From positions 186,001 through 250,000 of the forward strand of contig CBFFRP010000426.1 of the NCBI GenBank assembly GCA_965644295.1: DNA of 64,000 bases. The letters run 5' to 3'. The notes under the pieces are model-generated. The model was given only the letters and a program-made list of their open reading frames with translations. It ran no database searches and had not been told where the DNA came from. Shown one piece after another: positions 24,565-36,382 of this stretch. The translations under genes and the position numbers were made by a program. This stretch comes from Paraphysomonas bandaiensis. Taxonomy: Eukaryota; Protista; Chrysophyceae. How positions within the stretch are numbered: the stretch's first letter is position 1; each line of letters starts with the position of its first letter.

Positions 24565-24862
24565 CTGTTGTATATGTCACTCTAGGCGAATTATGATATT
24601 ATTAGTGTATCTTATATATATGAATAACTAATTCTCGTTGATAGAATAAAAGCTGTATCTAATTGTTATGTCACGATGTTTAATCACCATAAATTCAAGT
24701 GCACAATAGAATTTACTTACACCACAAACGAGATAACTGTATTTTGTTTAGAAATTGGTGCTAGGCGGTCATGAGTCATGACTCAGCGCAAAAATAGTTA
24801 ATTGTTGCATTTCTAATACTATTAATTTGGGAAACCATGAAAAAAGTAATGTAGCCATGCAT

Positions 24863-25371
24863 CAGGGCTCGGTAATCGGTAATAGTATATTGATTGGGGA
24901 CCGCCCAAAAATTCCATCAATATGGTTTTTGTTAAAGTAGTCATATACCGAGAGCTTATTTTGTGTAGGGTGCCAAATACAAGTCCAAAGATATAGATAT
25001 CAGTCCATGTTCTGACAGTAATTTCAACGATACTGAGGCTGATAAAGCGGTGAAGCTGATGTTGGATATATGAGGAAAATTTTCTTCAGTCAGCTCAAAA
25101 ATGAAGAAACGAAAAGTTTAAAAATATATAAGTACAGGTGTACTTCCAATACAGATGAAGGCCTGCTCAGCGCAGCAAAACTGATTTTATCAGTGTTCCG
25201 TACATGCTGTTGTTTCTGAAAGCAAATCAACAGTGGTGGCCGAATGCATGCATATGTCAATTACTTTTGAATGAATATGGTAATGCTGGCGTCACTGATG
25301 ATGAACCAGAGGATGAGGAAAATTGTGATGAGCTAAGCAGTAGCCAGCAAATGGGTTTCTTTACCATGTAA
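24863..25371 (+). mobile_element. Decayed hAT-like DNA transposon remnant (transposase C-terminal dimerisation region)
   Basis: Starts CAGGGCTCGGTAATCGGTAAT. Disrupted peptides KMKKRKV*KYIST / TSNTDEGLLSAAKLILSVFR / MLLFLKANQQWW resemble the hAT motif (S..ER.FS.a..i....R ... l.fl..N..w). Confidence 0.6.
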
Positions 25372-26541
25372 ACTTAGTGACTAGTACTAAAAATGGAATA
25401 TATGGATCAATGATACAGCTATATATAGCTATAGTATTGTTGGGTCACCTCCAATCTCCATTTACAGTATTGATGGAACGCTATCTAACAGTAGTAGTGC
25501 AATATATTGTTTCATTTACATAACTCCAACTATTTTTAACCTGCTGTTGAGTAGTGCATTCATACTCATGTTAATATTACTTTAGTTTTCTTCTTTAAAG
25601 TCGGACTCGCTCCTTTTCGTGGTATTCTGGGGGATAAGTACCAGAGATATTTCTCCGGGAAATAAGCTTGAGCCGTATATATAATAGTCAGCAGTGGCTC
25701 AGCAGATATTGTTCTGCCTACACATGTGTAGCCAACTGGTTGTGTAGACATCTTTGGGCCTTGACAAATAAATAGGCATCCAGGAATAGACCCATCTCAA
25801 GTCTCAAGGGCATCCGGGGTATTGGGCTACCTGCTGAAGTCAAGCATCCGGGCTGTTCACCTCATGGACACATAAATCCTGAAGTCAGCTGATGTCAGGT
25901 ATATCAAATTTCTGCTTGCTCACTTCGTTTGCTTTGAGTGATAGAGCGAAAGTGGTTTCACCACGCCAAGGTGGGCTGCAAAGACAGTGCAACAGGTCAT
26001 CGATGATGGACTGTTCAATCATAAGAGTGAGAACGACAGTGACGAAGTGTTGGAACACTTAGAGTCTAGTATTGTTGTAACCTCTACTATGTAATAACTA
26101 GTTTCTACCGATCGAGCTCATTACTTCTTCTTAGCGCCCAATACATATCAATATATTGCAACATATTTAATAACTATTATTGGTCTTGAAAATATTATTG
26201 TTGTTATTTTTGCTTGGTGCTTGCGGTGACGTAGAATCACTTTCGTAGTGTTAAATAGTAGGATAATATCAGAGTTAAGCACTAACTCTCAAACACCTAT
26301 TGCTACTAATTAGACATTCACAACTTACTCTTACAAGTAGTAATAATCCAGTTGAATTATAAAATATACACCCAGTACAGTTATACAGAGACAGTTATAG
26401 TAACACCATTCCTCTCTCAATTGTCTATGATAACATTTACTTCACACCAACCATGTCTATGATCATTAATACTTCAGAAAATACAAACGAGTTCAAAAAT
26501 GTATTCCGTATATCATACAATATACTGGAGGCTACAACTAT

Positions 26542-28624
26542 TCATTTTTGAGGAGTCAGCATTTTATCGCTCGATTTTTTCAGTTGTTCTACAACCATGG
26601 CTGGTTCACTCAAATATTTCTGACTATTTATCAGCACAGTTTCATAGAATGCTTTGAACTCTTCAAAGTCAATCGTCCCCGTTTTATTAGTGTCGATAAC
26701 ATCAAATAGGTGTTGAATATCTTCAGACGTGGGTTCCAACTGACTGGCATCCATATATAATGGATTCGACTCATCAGCTACAATACAGCTCAATACAAGT
26801 GCCAACTCGTGAATGTTAATACTTCCGGTGCCATCAATGTCAAACATGTTAAAATAAAACCTACAGTGAGATATTATACCCCGTTTGATCAAATATATTC
26901 GTAGTTTACGTACAACATACAGTGACCAACTGCAAACACATACCTCACAGCTGCATCTGTGTCGCTTTCTTCTACTTCATCTGTATCTTTAAAAGCAACC
27001 ATCGTCACCAAGAAATCCTTCAAATCAATTGTGCCTGTTCTTCCAATATCAAATATTTTAAAAACTTGAGGAGTCGCCAGCTCAGGCAGGTTGCACTGCA
27101 GTAAAATCGTCACGAAGGCTGGGAAGTCAATTTCACCGTCATTCGCGTCATCCGAATCCTTCACTGCCATGGAGCTCACGACCATAGACTTAAGCGCCTT
27201 CATCTTATTTTCATAGGCTGCGTAGTCGAGAGCTGCAGTGGGATCACACTCAATGTTGTTGAGGCTGAGGGTTCGCCGTGCTTCCAGAAGTATAGAGGGC
27301 ACCTCGATGCAACTCATGGATTCCAGCTTCATTGGGCTCGCCGTAATTTTATTCTCTGGTGACAGGAAAGGCAATGCGCCTTTGAGTTTTTCCTTACGAA
27401 GACTATTTCCTGCCAACAAATTCTTGTCCAGAAAGAAAGTTTTCATTTTCTGGCGGAGAGCAAGGTTCTTGATACGGGTGTAGTATGCCTTGCCCATGTC
27501 CGCGTCAGACGCCTCGCCCTTAATCCACGGGTGCTCAAGCACCTCCACCGCAGAATATCTTTTAGCAGGGTCACGCTCCAGTAGCTTCGAGACCAAGTCT
27601 TTTGCATCATCAGAAATATTATTCCAAGCCACCCCAGTCATGGGGAAATAGGTGCCTTCTGTAGTCTGTTCCAACTTGTGTGGGCTGAAGGCCCCATTGC
27701 CGCTAAGCAAAGAGTACAGTGTACACCCTGCCTGCCACAAATCACTTTTGGGCGAATACTGAAAGTTTAACAGTGATTCAGGCGCAACATAGCCTCGTGT
27801 GCCCTGTGTATTTTCCGATTGATATACACATGTACCCTCGTCCATTCGCACCATCATGCCAACATCTATAATCTTTACAGGCGAGTTATCCTCAAGACTA
27901 ACCAGCATAAGGTTTTCCAACTTCAAATCACTATGTATGAATGAATAAGTATTAATATACATAAGTACAAATAGGCATACCGATGCAAGAAGCGGCGTTC
28001 ATGTAGTCCATTCAGAGCAACAACAATGCCACGGAAAATATTGGCGATGTATTTCTCAGAAACCGTTTTCCTCTCTTGAATTCGGTCGAACATATCTCCC
28101 CCTAAAATAAAACATATCAAAATGTAATTGATATGGTGTGTGAGCTACATACCTTCTAAAAGCTCCATACATATCACGGGATAACTTGTATGATCATTCT
28201 TATATTCTGCATATCCAGAAGAAGAATCCATGAATACACCGTATAATTGCACCATACCATCAATACCAGCAACCTTTGATAAAATATCAATTTCACGATA
28301 TATATCCTCAAGGATCACTTTAGTTTCATTATATCCAAAAAATTTGAATGCAACTTTATGATTCTTATTTTTTTGTATTGCTGAATAAACGACCCCCATC
28401 CCCCCCTCTGCTATATACTTCTCAATCTCATAATCATCTGGATCTAATACAGGGATGTGTTTATCTATTCCAGGTATTGTATTAGTTGATTGTATGATAT
28501 CAGGTTTAGTATGTATATGTTTGTTTAGATGATTATCTGTAGGGGGATGAGAAGATCTTCGACATCCAAAACATCCTACAGGGTTTGATGTGGATTGGTT
28601 TATTTTCGAGACCTTTTGGCCCAT
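26542..28624 (-). CDS. Calcium-dependent protein kinase-like (CAMK kinase domain plus EF hands), 4 exons
   Basis: MGQKVSK N-myristoylation-type start; IAEGGMGVVY, VAFK, HRDLKLEN (across intron), DVG, GTRGYVAPE; EF loops DIGRTGTIDLKD, DIDGTGSINIHE and DTNKTGTIDFEE. Confidence 0.92.
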
Positions 28625-28816
28625 ATCTATAGAGGTATATGTATGTTCATATGGAGTATGTATGTGTGTGTTGGGTTATACGAATCTAATATGAGAGAGT
28701 TACTATGAACATGTGTGTATATTCTACACCACTTCGAGGGGATGATTCCATATGATCATACACAGTGTGTCATACTTCTTTTGTACGCCATATGTACACT
28801 GTGTACTCCACTACCT

Positions 28817-29063
28817 ACATACATACATGCATACATACATACATACATACATACATACATACATACATACATACATACATACATACATACATACATACAT
28901 ACATACATACATACATACATACATACATACATACATACATACATACATACATACATACATGCATACATACATACATACATACATACATACATACATACAT
29001 ACATACATACATACATACATACATACATACATACATACATACATACATACATACATACATACA
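28817..29063. repeat. (CATA)n microsatellite in a divergent intergenic spacer
   Basis: Directly visible. Confidence 0.99.
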
Positions 29064-29319
29064 TGATACATGCTCTGTATATGTATATGTCTACAGTGGT
29101 ACATACGTAGCAGAATGTATTTGATTGTCCCATATAGGGGATATAATTTGGCGACAAGAAGTTGTGAAACTGTTTTCTGTTGGTGGTATCATATGCAGTG
29201 TGCCATCTGGCAATACAAGAACTTCATGCATTGCATTACACATACATACAGACAGTGTGCAGTCAAAGTAATAATAATAAGCCTAACGTAAACAATATAC
29301 AATCCACATACACAGTATA

Positions 29320-30459
29320 ATGGGAGCAGCAAGCAGCTTTCATACAAATTTAGTGCAAAAGAGCTTTGCAACCCCTGATTCCAGCAAGAGTCCTGATAAG
29401 TGCCAGTTGGACACAGTAGACCTTGGTGGTGGTATATCAGTCACGAAAACTACGTTTCAACCAGGATGGAAATGGTCAGAATGCATCAAACCCAGTGTTG
29501 GAACTGAAACATGTGGAAACTATCATGTTGGTGTTTGCATTTCTGGTAAACTCGCTGTTTCGTTTCCTGATGGCACTGAGTTCGAAGTTGGACCTGGTGA
29601 TGGTTTCGTCATCCCTCCAGGCCATGATGGCTGGGTGGTCGGTGATGATCCTGCAGTAATGTATGAGATCAAAGCCGAGCCAATCGCACCTGGGACAGTT
29701 TGGGTGAAAAAAAGTTTTGAAGCAGCTGATTCGAGCAAAAATTTTGAGAAGTGTGCCCTTGCTACTCTCGACCTCGGTGCTGGAATATCCGTGACAAGAG
29801 CAACTTACCAACCTGGATGGAAGTGGTCCGAGTGTATTAAGCCTGTAGCAGAGACAGACCTATGCGGAAAGTGTCACGTGGGTGTGTGTGGATCCGGCGT
29901 GGTGCACGTCGTCAGTGGCGAAACTGAAGTAGATATAAAGGCTGATGATGGATACGTTATTCCTCCCAATCACGATGGATGGGTTGTGGGTGAAGAAGCC
30001 TGTGTTACTTTTGATTTTGAAGTATTTGAGGTGCCCGCAATTGAGGCTGCTGAACCTCCAGCTGCTGGCGAAGGAGAGAGTGGTGTGGTAGCGACAGAGG
30101 GCGAGACACCTGCAGCAGACCAGAGTACTCCTGCTGAAGAAGCAGCACCAGCATCCTCCGATGTCACTTCCTCGCCAGAGGAAGCTAAAGTTGATGTTAA
30201 TGAACCTAAGGCCGATGAATCAAAAGAAGGCGAACCTAAGATCGAAGAATCAAAAGAAGGTGAAGTGAAGACTGAAGAGTCAAAAGAAGGTGAAGCCAAG
30301 ACTGAAGAATCAAAAGAAGGTGAAGTCAAAGCTGAGGAGTCAAAAGAAGGTGAAGCCAAGACTGAGGAGTCAAAGCCAGAGGAAGCGGCAGCAGTAACAT
30401 CTGAGGAAACTGTAGCTGCAGATGAGCCCGCAGCTGCTCCGGCGACATCTGAAGGATAA
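29320..30459 (+). CDS. Tandem cupin-domain protein with acidic repetitive tail
   Basis: Two copies of QPGWKWSECIKP..C...HVGVC.SG ... vIPP.HDGWVVG; MGAASS start; Glu/Ala-rich tail; intronless. Confidence 0.88.
   Translation: MGAASSFHTNLVQKSFATPDSSKSPDKCQLDTVDLGGGISVTKTTFQPGWKWSECIKPSVGTETCGNYHVGVCISGKLAVSFPDGTEFEVGPGDGFVIPPGHDGWVVGDDPAVMYEIKAEPIAPGTVWVKKSFEAADSSKNFEKCALATLDLGAGISVTRATYQPGWKWSECIKPVAETDLCGKCHVGVCGSGVVHVVSGETEVDIKADDGYVIPPNHDGWVVGEEACVTFDFEVFEVPAIEAAEPPAAGEGESGVVATEGETPAADQSTPAEEAAPASSDVTSSPEEAKVDVNEPKADESKEGEPKIEESKEGEVKTEESKEGEAKTEESKEGEVKAEESKEGEAKTEESKPEEAAAVTSEETVAADEPAAAPATSEG
30202..30375 (+). repeat. 30-bp coding minisatellite (~5.5 units, KxEESKEGEx)
   Basis: Directly visible. 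Confidence 0.95.
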
Positions 30460-30949
30460 AAGAAACAATTAAAATATATCTCTTTGTGTGCAGTATTTTT
30501 ATACGCGGGAACGCATGAAATTGAACTCTGTGAGACAATTCACATTGTTGCAAATACATAAAATACAGCATATGTACTAAAAAGTAAGCATGAGTAATAA
30601 TAACTATGGTTTTAATCCTATTTTGAAATTCCAACGAACAACAAGTAAACGAGGAAGTATATTCACGAATTCCTCTTTTCATTAGCCTCACTGTTTGAAG
30701 AATATATATGAATGAATCCGGTGCACGAATATGAACTAATGTTGGACTTGATCTTGTTCTATTAGATGATGATTACAATTTACAATCATTGCATTGATAT
30801 GATATAGATAGTTTTCTCGTAGGCAGCACTTCCTCGTTATATACTATACTGATTTTAATAGTGAAATCAATGTACACATTTTCCGGATATTTGTATACAT
30901 GGACTTATACTTTTACCCTACAGTTAAGGATCTTCTCTTATATGACTAT

Positions 30950-31108
30950 CATAATATTGATTGCAATATATCGCAATATATTGTGCGCCACTTTAACAGA
31001 AACAATATTGATGGGATTTTTGGCCGGTCCAACAATCAATATATTTTACAATATATTGCAATATATTGTACAATGTATTGCAATTCAATATATTGTTTCC
31101 TAGCCCTG
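30950..31108. mobile_element. MITE-like remnant with CAATATATTG subrepeats ending in TAGCCCTG
   Basis: Multiple palindromic CAATATATTG units; the right end is the reverse complement of CAGGGCTA; left terminus not found. Confidence 0.5.
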
Positions 31109-31383
31109 ATGTACACTGTAAATTTATATAAGCTAGCTTGTTTGTTGAGCCCTTTCTACAATTGCGTTCTAAACCAAGAAGCGAGTGATGTAGTGTTGTA
31201 ATGTTACACAACATGTGATTGTGTAGCTTGAATCGTTATAAGTAAATTGATTCACACCTGTTATATAGGGTTGACTGAAACCTTGTTTACTAAGTAACAA
31301 AAATAATGAGTGACTAGCGCCTCTCTTCTTTTCCAACTATTTTTATAGATGTAAATTAAAGTAAACGTTATATCAAAAGTTCT

Positions 31384-33386
31384 TTACTTAATAATAATAT
31401 CGCATGCACCATCTAGTGGTAATGCCATAGCCGTATCATAGAGCTGCTTCCATGTCACACAGCAATTTCCCTTACATTTCCACAATGCATCCCAATTTCC
31501 AACATGTATCATATTCAAAAGCATGGAAGCATTTACCTGCTGATTTAGGGAGTCATTATGATTCAATTTGTTCAGTGGTAAGGAGACAGAGGTACTTTTA
31601 CAAACACTTTTGAGTCGAATAATAAGCTCTAGAAAGCTGTCCAATTGTTGTTGACTAATATCCTGACATGGAGCCAACTCCACATAAGTCAAAATACGAG
31701 CAATTCTAGAACTCTTATATATGCCACTGTCACCATTATCGTGCCGCAGAAAACAAGTGCCATCCATGCATTGACGTTCAACTGTACTCCATATGGCTGC
31801 ATGTTTGTTCAAAGCCACTCGGTCACCTTTGACGAATTTCTTTCCTGGAGCAGGTTGTTGAATGATTCGTCCGAGTAAAGTACTACCCTCAATCGGAGAG
31901 GGCTGTAATGATACAATGCGATGACCAAACAGGCACAGAAATTGTATTGCTTTACTACTGCTCATAATCGAAACTTGTCGTCGGATATCATCTTTATCAG
32001 ATGCAAGTTTTGCCCATTTCGCTCCTCTATCACAAATCCATCTCTTCTCCAAAGAATTCATACCTGGCCACATCTTTTCCAGTCTTATAATACTTGATGA
32101 TGACAGCCTTATAGCTTCCTGTGCTAAGACAACTTTATCGAATACTGTAGGAAAAAAAGTATCAAACAGAGAAGCTACCGATATATCTCTCTGCTGTTCC
32201 AAAAGTAATGCTTTATTTGAATTAGCATTTCTCCACATTTGGCATACATGAGCACCCTCCTCCGTGTTTAGACTCAGAAAGGATATTCCGCGAGCATCAC
32301 ACGATTCCTGGAGTGGAACAGATAAGCAGCACTGCGTAGGGCATAGCGGAAATTGCCGTTGCCACCATAGAATTGATGCTGCAGTATAGTTAGATGATTA
32401 GATATTGATATAAAATATAAACCTATGTCGTATTGCAATGTATTCTGTCGTTTCCAGGAATGTGCGGCACGTGTAACATTTACATCCGTACTTTCAGCTG
32501 TTGTCAATACGTCAACACATACTGAAGCAGTGTTATGTGAATAAAGTGTAACAAACTCTGATGCCCATGTCATTTCCTTCTTCTCCTTGTTCCAGTGGAA
32601 TGAGCAGCCACACACACAGGTTATAGCGTTACACCCATCTCCCTTGACAAGTTGCACTCCACATTGAGGACAGGGAATAATGTCATTCAGCATCGCAGCA
32701 GATGCCACTTCACAAGATTTACCATCGTGAAATCTGCCGGTTTTGCAGCGGAAACACATAGAAGTATTACAGCAAGGTGTCCATATCCTTGTACGTAGAC
32801 GAAGATACCTCAGCTGAAGGTTCGCACGCCGTTCAGGGTTGATAATATGCCGTAAAACTTCTACCATTTGCCTCCATACACCTTCGTCGGATTTACAAGA
32901 AAGAATATCAGAGAAATAAGTTGACGTTAGTTTCTCAAAGTAACAATTTAAGCTAATATGACCACTTTCAAATCTTCTAGTTTCTTCACGAAAAGTTGAG
33001 TAAAGGTCACCCAATAAGTTCATTAAAAACTCGCTAATTGATGTCGTCTCATTGCCATATTGGAATGGAACTAATAGGCTTCTGCGAGTATCACATCCGG
33101 GACACAGTAGTGATAAGAGTGACTCAGCACGCTTTGTATAGAGCTGTGTGAGGATCCCCATATCCAACTGCTGAAGATATGTATAGGATAGAATACATTT
33201 CTCTTCACCTGAATTATCACACAATGGACAGTAGAGTATAGGACACGATCCATTGAATGAGTTCTGTACTTTATTTTGAATATATTGATATAAACATGCT
33301 GTACAACACACTGTGTGTTGAGTGGGTCTATTACAGGGATTGATAGTGTGATTGACTGTCTCTAGACAGATCGCACATTGTTGCAT
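31384..33386 (-). CDS. RBR (RING-IBR-RING) E3 ubiquitin ligase-like protein, 2 exons
   Basis: RING1 CAIC..C..H..CCTAC..CPLC; IBR-like CPGC ... CCNTSMCFRC..H..C; RING2 CPQCGVQLVKGDGCNAITCVCG. An intron near 32380-32422 joins the two ORFs in frame. Confidence 0.85.
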
Positions 33387-33523
33387 TCTTCTCTCGTAAT
33401 GTGAGTGAGAATACTGTAACTTCTTTCATTGGTAGTTGAGATGAGAGGAAAGACTTCTTACTCATACTCTTCTCATATCTTTCTGAACACTTCTTTCATG
33501 TTTCCAGCTGCTTCCTTCCTCCG

Positions 33524-34090
33524 TACATACATACAGTACATACATACATACATACATACATACATACATACATACATACATACATACATACATACATACA
33601 TACATACATACATACATACATACATACATACATACATACATACATACATACATACATACATACATACATACATACATACATACATACATACATACATACA
33701 TACATACATACATACATACATACATACATACATACATACATACATACATACATACATACATACATACATACATACATACATACATACATACATACATACA
33801 TACATACATACATACATACATACATACATACATACATACATACATACATACATACATACATACATACATACATACATACATACATACAGACATACATACA
33901 TACATACATACATACATACATACATACATACATACATACATACATACATACATACATACATACATACATACATACATACATACATACATACATACATACA
34001 TACATACATACATACATACATACATACATACATACATACATACATACATACATACATACATACATACATACATACATACATACATACATA
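33524..34090. repeat. (CATA)n microsatellite in a divergent intergenic spacer
   Basis: Directly visible, ~570 bp, nearly pure. Confidence 0.99.
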
Positions 34091-34281
34091 GAACAGTATT
34101 CTGCGTATTATGTGTACAGAAGAAACGGTCTGTGTGTGTATTTAAAGTGTTCATTGTAGAGGTGCATGTGCCAGTAGATGATAACGGCGAACCATATCAT
34201 TCTTCAATACAAATGTCTTGCAGGCTGTATGATGTAATAATGTTATAGTACTGTCATTGTTTATAGCATTAGCTCTTTATC

Positions 34282-35654
34282 ATGTGTACTATCGATACCA
34301 TAAGATTGGCTATTACAGCAGTTGTGGCTGTACGAGTGATAATTGGATTATATTTAATGATAGTAGGAGGATTATTTGCAACAACAGATGCTATTATTCA
34401 AGGCTATGGCGTATATTTTATTGAGGCCGGGGCTGGAATAACGATGATGGGCTTCACTATTCTATTAATATCATATCCTATGATGTTTGCTGTAAAGAGA
34501 CATAATAGATTTGTACTGTTACTATGTTTCGTTATTGAGAGTGTTGTGTTTGCCCAATTGGTGTCTGTCGGTCTGAATTGTTATACGCCTACAGTGCCTA
34601 TCTTTCCTGCGGCGATGAAGGAGGACTGCGCTAGCAATATTCCCAAAGACCACACCGAGGAAGAATGTGCTGTATACTGGGAATCGGATCGTACGGCAGG
34701 TTTTCGGTTAGTATGGTCTGCAATGTTTACTAAGATTGGAAACGAGGACTTCTACCAGATAATGAGCACCTTGGAGGACGATAACCTGTGTTGTGGCTTT
34801 GGCCCACCCCTAAGATGCGTCAATGACACTCGCCCGTATCCCTCTGATCGACCTGTCGATGGACTTCGTAGTCGTATGCAAGACAATCGACTGATATGCG
34901 GTCAAGTAGATGGTTATTATCGACATCAAAAAAATTGCATCGATTTTTTTGATGAAAACACCGTTCCGAAGATATTGGGTGGGTGCGAGTATGACCTAGG
35001 TGCAGGATCCTGTCTAGACTTTGAAGTAATAGGAGATAGTATTGGATGTGCCGCCTATGTCGAAGAGTATGTCGCTAGCCAGGTACTATCTAATGCCCTA
35101 GTGGTGATGGGATCATCATTCATAGTATTTCTGAGGTAAGACATGTCAAAACCGGCTTTGGAATTATCACTTACACTTTGACTTTGTACTCTAGCTTGCT
35201 CATAGATTGCTGCATGTATTGGAAACGAAAGGAATCCGACGTATTCCCAGACTTTATCCACGTAGAAAAAAAGGTGGCTTTCTAATGCTCTTGTATTTTC
35301 TGTTATTAAACAGTTGCACTGCAGAAATCTAAATGGTCCAATTATCACAGAATTAAGGATAATGTAGTTGTTGTGCCGACCAAAGATTACCTGTACAAGA
35401 GGGGTTTCCTTCCGGAACAAAATATGAGACCAGTGCTTATACAAGATGAGGAGGAGAAGATCGGAGATCTAGATAATGTTACAGCATCGGAAGTGAATAG
35501 AACTAGGAATAGTGTTACGGGACCGAACAGGACGCATGAAAGTGTACAGGGTCATGTCAAGACAAATGCATCGGTGCCCGATGTGAATAGAACAAAAGGG
35601 TCTGTTGATGTGAATAGAACAAAAGGGTCTGTTGCTGATGTTGACAGGACATAA
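34282..35654 (+). CDS. Tetraspanin-like four-TM protein, 3 exons
   Basis: Three N-terminal TM segments, a large Cys-rich loop with a CCG motif, a fourth TM spanning intron 1, and a C-tail with DVNRTKGSV repeats. Confidence 0.7.
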
Positions 35655-35853
35655 TGAATTGCATCTATGATGTTCCGAATAGATGACTTATGAAGTGTTA
35701 CATTAGTCTGGCCTATACCTTTAATTTTTTAAACAGAGTGTATGTATTTATAACAATCTAGACATACGAATAATTAATTGCAATGCCAATAATTGGATGC
35801 TTGATTAATATTTGCGATTATAATTGTTGGATACCTCTCACCAATTACTTGTT

Positions 35854-36370
35854 ATCATTACATAAATGGTTCTAAGAATCCGAAACTCCGACTCGGTGGT
35901 GTTATTGGCATTACGTCACATTCAATCACACTTCTTGTAGTATTGTCATAGGTCAATTTAATTTCAATATAAATTTAAGTTTAGATATCAATATAATGTG
36001 CATTTCAGTTATAAAGATACTACACCCAAGAAAATCTCTACGGATATAGCTCGCAGTTATCCTATGCATTTAATGATAAGTGTACTTAAATATCATTAAT
36101 TATAAGCTGTAGCAAATCGAAAGAATCTTACTCTTCATCTATAATCATTAGGTAACCTCTTCTTTTATAAATAAATATTCCGGGGTCACAGAAGGCTCAC
36201 AGTTATACTTCTGCATTGCATCATAATTACTCTGCTTGGTGTTGCTGTAACACATTAACGTTGTTGAAATGCAGTGTTTCGAAATTATTTTATAATAACT
36301 AGTCCATTTTAAAATACAGTATACAGCTGACTGCTATCTAGTCAAGCTCTCTCTCCAATAACAAGCAATC
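35854..36370. repeat. ~500-bp spacer repeat bracketing the tandem MIPS cassettes (copies at 39340-39830 and, shortened, 42707-43078)
   Basis: Shared blocks ATCATTACATAA.TGGTTCTAA, CTCCGACTC.GTGGT, ATCACACTTCTTGT, GGTCACAG.AGGC.CACAGTTA and AGTATACAGCTGA.TGCT in all three. Confidence 0.85.
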
Positions 36371-36382
36371 AAAATATCATAA

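Noticed and set aside
25600-26060. GC-richer stretch with stop-interrupted Cys/His peptides (..ERKWFHHAKVGC..)
   Set aside because: May be a decayed transposon or PHD-like remnant, but too degenerate to assign without a search.
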